From: an uncultured delta proteobacterium
GTDB lineage: Bacteria; Desulfobacterota; Binatia; Binatales; Binataceae
DNA length: 64,000 nt
NCBI GenBank assembly: GCA_963765675.1
Contig: CAVXXK010000003.1
Coordinates: 256,001-320,000 of the forward strand
Direction of reading: 5' to 3'
Shown here in pieces: positions 11,836-20,692 of this stretch (position 1 is the stretch's first letter; every line of letters begins with the position of its first letter). Position numbers and translations under genes: made by a program. A model generated the notes under the pieces. That model was given only the letters and a program-made list of their open reading frames with translations, was not told the DNA's origin and did not search any database.

Positions 11836-11871
11836 AAAGCCCTGCCCCTGATGGGCAGGGCTTTTTCTTTT
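11836..11871 (+). terminator. Rho-independent terminator
   Basis: AAAGCCCTGCCC-ctgat-GGGCAGGGCTTT followed by a T-rich tract. Confidence 0.85.
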
Positions 11872-11879
11872 CGCGATGG

Positions 11880-11954
11880 GGGCGGTTAGCTCAGTGGTAG
11901 AGCATCGGCCTTACAAGCCGAGGGTCGCAGGTTCGAAACCTGCACCGCCCACCA
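11880..11954 (+). tRNA. tRNA-Val(TAC)
   Basis: GGGCGGTTAGCTCAGTGGTAGAGC...CTTACAA...GGTTCGAAACC...CCGCCCACCA; cloverleaf with encoded CCA. Confidence 0.97.
11905..11954 (+). repeat. att core, left junction (3' part of tRNA-Val)
   Basis: TCGGCCTTACAAGCCGAGGGTCGCAGGTTCGAAACCTGCACCGCCCACCA. Confidence 0.95.
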
Positions 11955-12022
11955 TATTTTCTTAAGCAATTGCTGTGTTTTTCGCGAGTCGCGGCGCGGC
12001 GTCAAACTGCGTTTCTAGCGTT

Positions 12023-12046
12023 TGACGACCAATGTGACGACCAATG
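12023..12046 (+). repeat. Putative integrase arm-type sites (2x TGACGACCAATG)
   Basis: Perfect tandem 12-mer; related copies at 24490-24513 and 24551-24574. Confidence 0.7.
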
Positions 12047-12192
12047 AGTATCGGAAGTGTGCGCTAGCTTGCGGTGCGGATGCGGCCGGCGCGGCGCGAA
12101 ATCGCGCCTGGCGCGGAGTTGCGAGCTATCGACGCACGCAAGGAATGGCGCGACTGGCTGGCCTTTACATAGAGAGTGATACTTATTTTTTA

Positions 12193-12293
12193 ATGATCAA
12201 TGTGATCAATATGATAGAGTAGGGTAAAAGGCCGCGTCTTTATTGGTTTTTTTCGCGGCCTGCCCTGATCATGTCCTGATCACATTGATCATA
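12193..12293. repeat. Left TGATCA array (5 copies) with a 16-bp inverted repeat
   Basis: TGATCA at 12194, 12203, 12266, 12277, 12286; ATGATCAATGTGATCA (12193-12208) is the reverse complement of TGATCACATTGATCAT (12277-12292). Confidence 0.8.
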
Positions 12294-12307
12294 TTTCTCG
12301 GCGGGAA

Positions 12308-13441
12308 CTATCCCAAGATCGCGTCGATCCGCGCCGCGGTGTCGTCCAGCGTAGCAGGCGTGATGTGCGTATAGGTGTCCAGCGTTGTACCGACACGGCT
12401 ATGCCCGAGCAGCGCCTGAACCTGCTTGGCGCTGGCGCCCGTTCTCAAACAGCACCGTCGCGCCAGTATGGCGAATATCGTGAAACCGCACGATCGGCAG
12501 TCCTGCTTTGGCGAGCGCGGATTGGAACCGATGATACACGTTGCTTGGTTCAAGTGGCGTACCGCGCCGCGACGTGAATACAAGGCCATTTGCGTTTCCT
12601 TGCCAATCGGTACCAGCCGCGAGCCGTTCTTCGATCTGGTGGACGCGCTGGCGCTTGAGCGCGGCGATCGCGCGATCCGGTAGCGTAATCGTGCGGATCG
12701 AGCTTTTGGTTTTCAGCGGCAGAAGCTGCAACCGGCCGCCTACCGCTGTAGCGATTGCCGGACGTGTAGCTCGCGCCCGTCGAGGTTCACATCGTCCCAG
12801 CGCAAGCCGCAAACCTCGCCGCGCCGCATCGCCAACGTAAAGGCCAGCACGTATAGCGAGCCAAGCGCCGCGGTTTCCGTGCTCTTGAGGAACGCCCGCG
12901 CCGCGTCCGATGTCATCGGATGGATCTCCGTCCGTTCCACTCGCGGGCCTTTTGTCATAGCCGCGACGTTGCGGATCAGTAGATTCCAGCCGACGGCCTG
13001 CTTGAGCGCGAGCGCGAGCACCATACGAATATGGCGAACGCTTTGCGGACTCGCGCCAGCCTTGAGCTTGTCATTGAGCAGTAACTGCACAGCGTCCGGC
13101 GTCAGCTTTTCGAGTCGGAATTTCCCAAGGTCCGGAACGATATGAAGCCGCACGACGGACTCGAACTTCTCATACGTGCGCGGACGGATCGAATTGCGGA
13201 CGGTATCGAGCCATCGCGCCATAAATTGCTCGACTGTGGCACCGCGCGCTGGCAGGGCAATTCCGGCGTCGCGTTTGCCGAGCAGCGAGGTTAATTCCGT
13301 CGCCACGTCCTGCCGCGTGCGCCCGTAGATGGTTTTGCGCTGGCGCTTGCCGTCGCGCCAGCCGAGCGACACGATCGCGGACCAACGGCCGTCTTTGCGT
13401 TGCGTGATTGAACCCTCGCCACGTCCGCGGTGTTTTTTCAT
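12308..13441 (-). CDS. int: Tyrosine recombinase/integrase (two frameshifts, ~12745 and ~12437)
   Basis: RGEGSITQRKDGRW arm-binding N-terminus; MRRGEVCGLRW (R), LKTKSS (K), FHDIRH (HxxR), LLGH and TYTH (Y) found across three reading frames. Confidence 0.92.
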
Positions 13442-14416
13442 CGGATTCTCCCTTTGCTTGGTTTTGAGTTTGTGGGGCTAGGGCTAGGGCTATCGACTTG
13501 CAGCTTTTTACGATCGCGAGCAGCCCGTGCAGCGTCGCGCGCTGGAACGCCGGCCGCTCGGCAGGTTGAGCAATAGATGCGCCTGCGCGGTTGCGTGTCC
13601 GATGGGTTCGCCTGGCGCCGGCTGGCTCGGAGACGCGAAAAACAGTCGCTCGCAGGCTGAGCATCGCGCGATTGCAGCCGCGCGAACCGTTGCGGCGACG
13701 AGCTCGAGCGCGATCAGGGCAAGGACTGATCCTGTATAGCGATTCGCGCTTAGTTGCGGACGGATGTTTCCGTCTTCGATGCCGACGCGAAAGCGCACGT
13801 CCGCGATGGCGAGCCAGCGATTCAGATTCTCCGCCAGCCGCGCGCGTGGATCCGAAAGATACTGAGCGATCGGATGCTCGGCCGCGTAGCCGTCGATTCC
13901 CTGCCATGTTTCCGCGGCAACCTTACCGCCGCGCTGCATCGTCGCCGCGGCGTCGAGCAGGCGGTTAGCGTTGACGGCGAGGGTCCGCCACTGGGCTACA
14001 GGCTCGGAAAAGAGCATCGGCCGCGTCCCAGCGCTGCGCGGCAGGCAAATCAGCGACGGGCCGGAAGCCGGATGCGGCGCGTCGGGAAACGCTGGTAACA
14101 CGTTGCAGCCCATCGTTTCGATTGGCTGATGGTAGGCGACGAAATTGTGCTGTTCGCAGAGCCACAGCGGCCCGTAGGCGCGCGCGAACTCGAGCACGTC
14201 CTGATTTCCGGGCGCGGGCGTTTCGAGTGCGAGGAAGCGCTCTAGGATTCGCCTGACCTCGATCTTGCGTGTCGTCGCTTTCGGACTCCAAACGATCCGC
14301 TCGCCAGCGAGCCTTAGCGTTTCAGGCGCCGATACGGTCGAGCCATCGATCGGGCCGCCAAGGCCGGCGCCCGTGTACAGGCTGGCGATCCGCAAAATTC
14401 CGGCTGGTTGCGTCAT
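13438..14416 (-). CDS. CGNR-like Zn-finger protein, putative regulator (frameshift near 13595)
   Basis: RCSACERLFF. After a frameshift it continues RRIYCSTCR...RDRKK and ends in a TGA overlapping the integrase ATG (ATGA). Confidence 0.6.
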
Positions 14417-14424
14417 ACGAAAGT

Positions 14425-14453
14425 AATATGACTATTCCAAGCGCGTATGTCAA
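14425..14453 (-). promoter_or_regulatory. Sigma70 promoter for a (near-)leaderless transcript
   Basis: TTGACA-17 bp-CATATT, ending 8 nt before the ATG at 14416. Confidence 0.7.
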
Positions 14454-14563
14454 GCGGGCATACTTCGGGACGCACGGCGGCGGACGTTCTGCCGTCGAAA
14501 CGGAAACCAGTATGGCACGCGCGGACTGTGAAACATTCCGAGGCGATAAGGAGATGCACCTAT

Positions 14564-14755
14564 ATGGTTACGACGATTGATCCCAAAGCCGAGTTGCTGC
14601 GGCCCGCGAAATTCGCGCGTTTGATCGATGTATCGCGCTCAAAAGTTTACGAAATGTTGTCCGCCGGCGAGCTGCGCGGCGTGACGATCGGCGGCGTCCT
14701 GCGGATCCCGGTCGAGGAAGTCGAGCGGCTCAAGGCGCGCCCGGCGTCGGAGTAA
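14564..14755 (+). CDS. Excisionase/AlpA-like helix-turn-helix protein
   Basis: LLRPAKFARLIDVSRSKVYEMLSAGELRGVTIGGVLRIP; AAGGAG Shine-Dalgarno; divergent from int. Confidence 0.88.
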   Translation: MVTTIDPKAELLRPAKFARLIDVSRSKVYEMLSAGELRGVTIGGVLRIPVEEVERLKARPASE

Positions 14756-14759
14756 GAGG

Positions 14760-16643
14760 GTGAGCGAACCGGACAGCCTTTCGCGCCGCGATGGCATGTA
14801 CGTCGCTATCGACGGCCGCATTTTCTCGATCAAGCGCACCGATGCGGGCGAAGAACAGTTAATCCCGTTGTGCAATTTCGACGCGCAAATCATCAGCGAC
14901 GTTTCTTGCGACGACGGCGCGGAAAAGTCGCGCGCATACGAGATTGAAGCAAACCTGAACGGGCGCACCGCGCGGTTTCGGGTCCCCGCGTCGAAGTTTG
15001 GATCGCTCGCCTGGATCGCGGAGCACGTCGGGCGCCGCGGCGTATGTCACCGCGGCGCAAGGCAGTGAGCGCAAGTTGCGCGAAGCGATCACGCGCCTGA
15101 GCGGCACAATCGCAGGGCGGACGGTTTATGCGCACACCGGCTGGACGCGCCGCGATGATGATTGGATCTTCCTTCACGCGGACGGCGCGATTGGCGCGGA
15201 TGGCGTGGTGCCTCAGATCGAAGTTGAGCTCCCGAGCGCGCTCGCGAATTTCAAACTACCTGCGCCAGCGGACGGCGAGGCTTTGCATGAAACGATCGCG
15301 GCCGCGATTGGGCTGCTTGAGCTCGCGCCTGATCGGATAACGGTACCGCTCTTCTGCGCGGCGTGGCGCGCGTCGCTCGGCCCGGTGGATTTCGCGCTCG
15401 CTCTGACGGGCAGGACGGGGAATTTCAAGACTGAGATGGCCGCACTCGCGATGCAGCACTATGGCGCGGGCTTCGATGCCCGTCACTTGCCCGCGAGCTG
15501 GTCGAGCACCGCGAATTTTCTGCGCTCGCTCGCGTTCGTTGCGAAAGATGCGCCGATCGTCGTCGATGATTTCGTGCCGACGGGAACGCGAGTTGATATC
15601 GCGCGACAGCACAAAGACGCTGCGGCGTTGCTTCGCGATTGCGGTAACGCAGCAGGGCGCGGGCGTTTAGCGTCGGACGCTTTCGATGCGCGCGATCAAG
15701 ATGCCGCGCGGACTCGTGATTTCAACCGGCGAAGAAAATTTTCGTGGTGAATCGCTACAAGGGCGATTGCTCACAATCGAAGTCACGAAGGGCGACGTTG
15801 CGGACCTGGACAAGCTGACAGATGCGCAGGATCGCGCCGCAACCGGACTGTACGTATGGGCGACGGCTGCTTACTTGCGATGGCTCGCGCCGCGGCTGGT
15901 GGATGTTCGCGCCGAACTCAAGAGCGCAATGCCTGATTTGCGCGCCAAGGCTCACAGCGCGGGAGATCATGGGCGCACGCCGGGAATTGTCGCGGACCTA
16001 TATTTCGCTGCGCAGGTATTTTTTCGATTCGCTGTCGAATGCGGCCGCGGTTCCGCAGTACCTAGCAGACACTTTTCTCGATCGAATTTGGAACGGACTG
16101 ATCGAGGCTTCAGTCGAGCACGGGAAGCACCTCCGCGACACAGAACCATGCGCGCGATTTCTGACATTGCTCCGCGCGGCGCTCGCGTCCGGCGCTGCGC
16201 ACCTGGCTGGGGTTGACGGCACGATCCCCGCCGATGCGATGGCGTGCGGGTGGCGTCTCGAGGAATTTCGCGCGCGCGAGCGCGGCGACGATCTTCGCTT
16301 GACCGGCCGTCTCCAGCCGCTTGGCGCGTGTGTCGGTTGGATCGATAACGACGAGCTTTTTCTGAACTGCGATGCCGCGCTCAAGGCAGCGAACAGCGTT
16401 GCGACGGATGGTACTCACCTAAGTATCCCCGGCGCGGTGCTGCGCAAACGACTGAAAGAAAAACGATTGCTCGCCAGCACCGGCGAAGATCGCGGCCGAT
16501 CGACAATCACTATTCTGAAAAGCATCGCCGGTGTGCGGATCGAAGTATTGCATTTCAGGCGCGAAACCATACTCCCCAGCGACGAAAAAACTTTACAGCC
16601 ACGCGAGGAAGCTAATGATCAGCGAAGCATCGCAAATTCTTGA
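14760..16643 (+). CDS. DUF927/superfamily-3-like replication helicase (three frameshifts, ~15030, ~15685, ~16045)
   Basis: PLCNFDAQI, VYAHTGW, Walker A GRTGNFKT, Walker B IVVDDF, ISTGE, across four overlapping ORFs. Confidence 0.75.
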
Positions 16644-17056
16644 AACGATCCGCGCGCTCGGCGCGGATATCGTCGTCGATCTCAAAGTGCGGCCCGCGTT
16701 GCGCGTACCCGATGATCTGATCCATCGCGCAGCGGCGCACGCGGACGAAATCCGCGCCCTGCTTGCCGAACTCGCGGCGCCCGCAGCGGCCGTGCTGGCG
16801 CTGTGGTGCGGATCCAGAACCGCCGTCCATTGACGAGCAATTGGAAACACTGTTTTACGAACATAAGAAACGACCGGAGATTTTCCATCTGCGCGAAAGC
16901 GAAATCGCGCGGCTGAAAAGTCTGCTACAGCCCTGCGACTTAATAGCGATCACGGCGAATTTTCATCGCGTCAGCGATCCGATGTACGGCGGCATCGCGG
17001 TTCTGCGCGAAGGGAAAATCGTCGTGATCGATCGTCGCGAGTTGGCGGACGGATAA
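16615..17056 (+). CDS. Small satellite protein (one frameshift near 16785)
   Basis: MISEASQILETIRALGADIVVDLKVRP... is typical of small proteins following satellite helicases; continues in ORF 16763-17056. Confidence 0.5.
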
Positions 17057-17112
17057 CAAGGAAAGAAAACCGCCGGAGCGCGCTAACGCTACGGCGGCTG
17101 AGAGGAAAGGCA

Positions 17113-17274
17113 ATGGATGTTCAAACCCTAACACACTCGCCGCGTGCCCATGCGGACGAACTCACGATCACAGATTTCGAGCTTCCGGCGCTCGCGGCGG
17201 CGGATCGGATCGAACAATACTTAGCAGAGAACTCGCTGTCGCAGTTGACGTTTCCAGCAAAGTTTATCGATTAG
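17113..17274 (+). CDS. Hypothetical protein (53 aa; may extend to ~17644 if frameshifted)
   Basis: AGGAAAGG Shine-Dalgarno then ATG, MDVQTLTHSP...; below the ORF-track size cutoff. Confidence 0.4.
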   Translation: MDVQTLTHSPRAHADELTITDFELPALAAADRIEQYLAENSLSQLTFPAKFID

Positions 17275-17726
17275 CGCATTGCAGTACGCAATCGAGAAAA
17301 ACAACTGGTATGCGAAATCTGGTCGCGAAATTCTGGCGACGCTTTTGAGTCGCGGGCGGTTTGACTGTGTGCAATGCCGACCAGCGCTGCGATGTCCATC
17401 GCTGATCTGATCGAATCAGAATACTCGATTGACGCGCCCGTCGGTTGCGATAATCAGTCGTACTCGCGACGATCTTCGACGCTTCGCGCACGCGACGCGA
17501 TTGGAAAGACGCGAGAACCCGATGCTCGGCGGGATTTCTGAGCATTTGGGGCTTACGCAAAGGCAAATTCTCGCGCAGATCAATCAGGCCGTCGCCGCTG
17601 AAGCTGTCGTGCTTTTCCGACGGATCGGAATCGCGAAGCGATGAAGGCGCCGAGCGAGCGGCGCTTGATCGCCGCAAGGCCCGGTACGAGCACAACGGGA
17701 TCGAGTTTCACGAAATCTACGTCCGG

Positions 17727-18992
17727 TTGCTTTTGCGATTTCCAGCGGCCGATGACGCTGTCGCGAAGCTGATCGCCGGCGCGGAAGCGTTTTTCGGCAA
17801 CCCCGAGACTCTGCTGCTACTCTCGCTGCTTCACCCGTCCGATAGCGGCGCGCTCGTCAACCAGCGCGGACGGTTCCTCGAGTCGAAGGCACTAGACTAT
17901 GTTTTGGAAATTCTTTCGCGTCACCTCAGTTGCGCCGAATTTTTTCACGCCCCGGTCGATCCTGGAGAGCGCAGCGAATTCGATACCGACGCTGACGTAT
18001 TTATCGCGCGCATCGATCGCGCGCTTGAGCAGGTGGGCGTCGAACAGATTCTTGATTGTGACGATCGCATCACATGGTGGCGAGAAGCGCCGTTACGCCG
18101 GCGATCGGGGATAGTCAGGAGCGCGACGCAAGTCGATAGGACTAGGCCCGCAAACTCCCAGCGCAGCCGCGCGGATATCGAAGAGATCCGCAACGCAATC
18201 TATGTTTTCGCGGAAGCAAATCGCCCGGTCACGGTCCGGCAGACATTCTACCATCTGATCGCGCTTTGGCTCATCGCGAAAGACGAGGCCGCGTATAAAA
18301 CCACCGTCTGCCGGCTAATGCTTGAGATGCGCCGGAGTGGCGAGCTGCCTTACGCCTGGGTCGCTGATAACACCCGCTGGATCAGAAAACCCGAGACGTT
18401 CGACTCCGTTGCCGACGCGCTTGCTGAGACCGCACGCCTATACCGTCGCGCTGTTTGGCGCGACCTGCCGGTTAATCTCGAAATTTGGGTCGAGAAGGAC
18501 AGCCTCGCCGGCGTCATCGCGGAAGAAACCGATCCCTACGACGTTCCGCTCATGGTCGCGCGGGGTTTTTCGAGCGATAGCTATTTGTGGCAAGTGTCCG
18601 AACAGATTCAGGCATCAACCAAGGCAACGCATATTTTCTACTTCGGAGACTGGGATCCGGCTGGAACGCGCGCAGATATCGGGCTCGAAGCGAAGCTACG
18701 CGGATTCTGCCCGATGTCCGATATTCACTTTGAGCGCGTCGCGCTGACGCCCGAACGGATCGAGGAATTCCATTTACCCACTCGGCCAACGAAAGGCCAG
18801 CATATGAATCGTGCGTTCAGGGGCGAATCCGTTGACCTGGATGCGCTCCCGCCTGCGGAGCTGCGCCGCCTCGTGCGAGACGTAATTGAACGCCATATTC
18901 CGGCCGGCCACATGGCCGCGATTGAAGCGGCCGAGCGGTCGGAGAAAGAAATTTTCACCAAGATTTGTGGGGTATCGGAAGCGCACAGATAA
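17727..18992 (+). CDS. TopoVI-A/Spo11-like winged-helix + Toprim protein
   Basis: TVRQTFYHL (putative catalytic Tyr), IWVEKD, RGFSS, YFGDWDPAG (DxD), LDAL. True start may be 17641 via a frameshift, or the N-terminal part may be a separate gene. Confidence 0.72.
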   Translation: MLLRFPAADDAVAKLIAGAEAFFGNPETLLLLSLLHPSDSGALVNQRGRFLESKALDYVLEILSRHLSCAEFFHAPVDPGERSEFDTDADVFIARIDRALEQVGVEQILDCDDRITWWREAPLRRRSGIVRSATQVDRTRPANSQRSRADIEEIRNAIYVFAEANRPVTVRQTFYHLIALWLIAKDEAAYKTTVCRLMLEMRRSGELPYAWVADNTRWIRKPETFDSVADALAETARLYRRAVWRDLPVNLEIWVEKDSLAGVIAEETDPYDVPLMVARGFSSDSYLWQVSEQIQASTKATHIFYFGDWDPAGTRADIGLEAKLRGFCPMSDIHFERVALTPERIEEFHLPTRPTKGQHMNRAFRGESVDLDALPPAELRRLVRDVIERHIPAGHMAAIEAAERSEKEIFTKICGVSEAHR

Positions 18993-19082
18993 CGGCCAAG
19001 CGGGCATCAAATTGAAACGAAAAACGCTGATTATGGCTAGCGGGAGTTGTGTCACATTCTCGCGCGAAACGAGGAAAACGAA

Positions 19083-19799
19083 ATGGAAATCGAGACTGAA
19101 ACCAAGGAAATTGAATCATTGATTGACGGCGCCAAGGCCACCGTTGGTGGCGCGTGCATAGATCCGCGTCCGCGCCCGATGGCGGTGCTGGACAAAATCT
19201 GCGAACCGCTTCGACATGTGCCGGCGGATATCGCGCCGCGCCTGTACAAGGACGCGAAGATTCAAATGTTAGCAGAACGCATCCGCGATCTGATCGAACG
19301 TGGCGATTATGCAGCTATCGACTTAGCACTTAATGAAGGCCGGGCAAACGTGGCGAATGTGCTCGCATTCGAGCGGCGCGAAGGTTCCTTAAAGCCACCC
19401 AGCACCGCCGATGAGATAAAGAATCACGCGAACGCGTTTTTCGAGAACCGCTGGAACGGCAACGAAACCGGCGGCTGGCAGAAGATGCCGACTGTTCAGG
19501 AAAAGATTCAGGCCGGCCGCCACATTCGCAAGGTAACGCTTCGCTCAGTCGAGCTCGACGATGGCAGTATAGTCAGTCGTGCGGATGTTCACCGCTATGT
19601 ACTGTCGCAGCGTCCGAAATTCGGGGACACGATTTCAGATGATAAGTATCTGACGAAGTTTTTTGCGCCCGAGCGCGTTTTGATCGCAATTGAAAACGCG
19701 CGCGCAATACAAGAACAGGAACAGATCAGGAAACGGACTACCTACCAGTCAGGTCCCACATCACTCATTTCGACCCCGATTCCCGTGGAGCAGAGGTAA
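19083..19799 (+). CDS. Hypothetical protein
   Basis: 238-aa open frame with a GAGGA Shine-Dalgarno; no recognisable motif. Confidence 0.6.
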   Translation: MEIETETKEIESLIDGAKATVGGACIDPRPRPMAVLDKICEPLRHVPADIAPRLYKDAKIQMLAERIRDLIERGDYAAIDLALNEGRANVANVLAFERREGSLKPPSTADEIKNHANAFFENRWNGNETGGWQKMPTVQEKIQAGRHIRKVTLRSVELDDGSIVSRADVHRYVLSQRPKFGDTISDDKYLTKFFAPERVLIAIENARAIQEQEQIRKRTTYQSGPTSLISTPIPVEQR

Positions 19800-19803
19800 T
19801 TAA

Positions 19804-20214
19804 ATGACTATTCAAAATGTTTTTGTTGGCGCTCGCGACGGACTCAGCATCGCGATTTTTGATTCTGTCGGCCGAATGACGCGAAACGCGCGACTGGCAT
19901 CGAGTCGGCAAAGCATGGCGTCCTGCGTCCCCTCGCTACGGGAGATGAAGATCGGGCAAATGTGCGGGCTCACGTTCGCGCAGATCATGACCGCGAAGAA
20001 GCGCCGCGGCGGATTTCTTCAGCCGCAGGATGACTCCAAAACCGCGCTGAAAGTGCGATTCCCAGCGCCGGCCGATGCGCCCGACGACGACGATGATCCC
20101 GATGACGAGCCCGTGAACCTGGCCGCGAAGCCGATAATGCGCGTCAGATTTCCGAAAACTATCGTCGAACATCGGCCGGACGGTTTACTTCGCCGGCGCG
20201 AGGCTGACCTTTAG
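19804..20214 (+). CDS. Hypothetical protein with an acidic tract
   Basis: ORF starts 4 nt after the previous stop; DDDDDPDDE flanked by two VRFP motifs. Confidence 0.5.
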   Translation: MTIQNVFVGARDGLSIAIFDSVGRMTRNARLASSRQSMASCVPSLREMKIGQMCGLTFAQIMTAKKRRGGFLQPQDDSKTALKVRFPAPADAPDDDDDPDDEPVNLAAKPIMRVRFPKTIVEHRPDGLLRRREADL

Positions 20215-20226
20215 TGATTATTGATA

Positions 20227-20299
20227 TTGTCGGGGCAAGCGGTTGTAGAGAGCCGCGACCGGGCGTTCATCCTCGTGCGCGCCTGGTCAGCCCCGGCAA
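20227..20299 (+). ncRNA. Predicted three-way-junction RNA structure upstream of terS (unassigned)
   Basis: P1 20227-36/20290-99 (10 bp), P2 20239-44/20251-56, P3 20257-66/20279-88. The non-WC pairs are G-U only on the + strand. Confidence 0.5.
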
Positions 20300-20314
20300 C
20301 CCTTTGAATGAGGT

Positions 20315-20692
20315 ATGATTTTGACTGAGAATCAAATAGCTACTTCGCCGCCGCGCGTCGTGACTCGCAAGAGGGACCAACAGGTGCGTCGGTTCGTCCG
20401 GCGCATACGCACGCTGGCGCCGCACCTCGATAACCCGATCTTTGCTCCGCAGCTTACCGGGTTCGCGCAGACTTCGCTCATGCTCGCGCAATCCTACTCG
20501 TTCGTCCGGGATCGTGGCGTAGTCGGCGAAGATGGCGAGCTACGCGCAAGTGTAGATGCGGTCCGGCGGCTGGCGGAAACGCAAGCGAGACTTGCGAAGG
20601 AACTCGGACTCACCCCGGCGACGCTACAAGCGATGGCGAAGGGCAAGCCGATCGATCTCGCCGCGCGCTTCGCTGATATTTCCGATGGCTGA
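20315..20692 (+). CDS. terS: Terminase small subunit (P27/HK97-like)
   Basis: C-terminal LAKELGLTPA motif, size and overlap with terL. Start may be TTG 20321 given the SD spacing. Confidence 0.75.
   Translation: MILTENQIATSPPRVVTRKRDQQVRRFVRRIRTLAPHLDNPIFAPQLTGFAQTSLMLAQSYSFVRDRGVVGEDGELRASVDAVRRLAETQARLAKELGLTPATLQAMAKGKPIDLAARFADISDG

Noticed and set aside
12193-12293. CRISPR-like array
   Set aside because: Repeats are 6-17 bp without unique 30-40 bp spacers, and no cas genes are in the window
17727-18992. Wadjet (JetABCD) defence system
   Set aside because: The Toprim protein resembles JetD, but no SMC/kleisin jetABC genes are nearby
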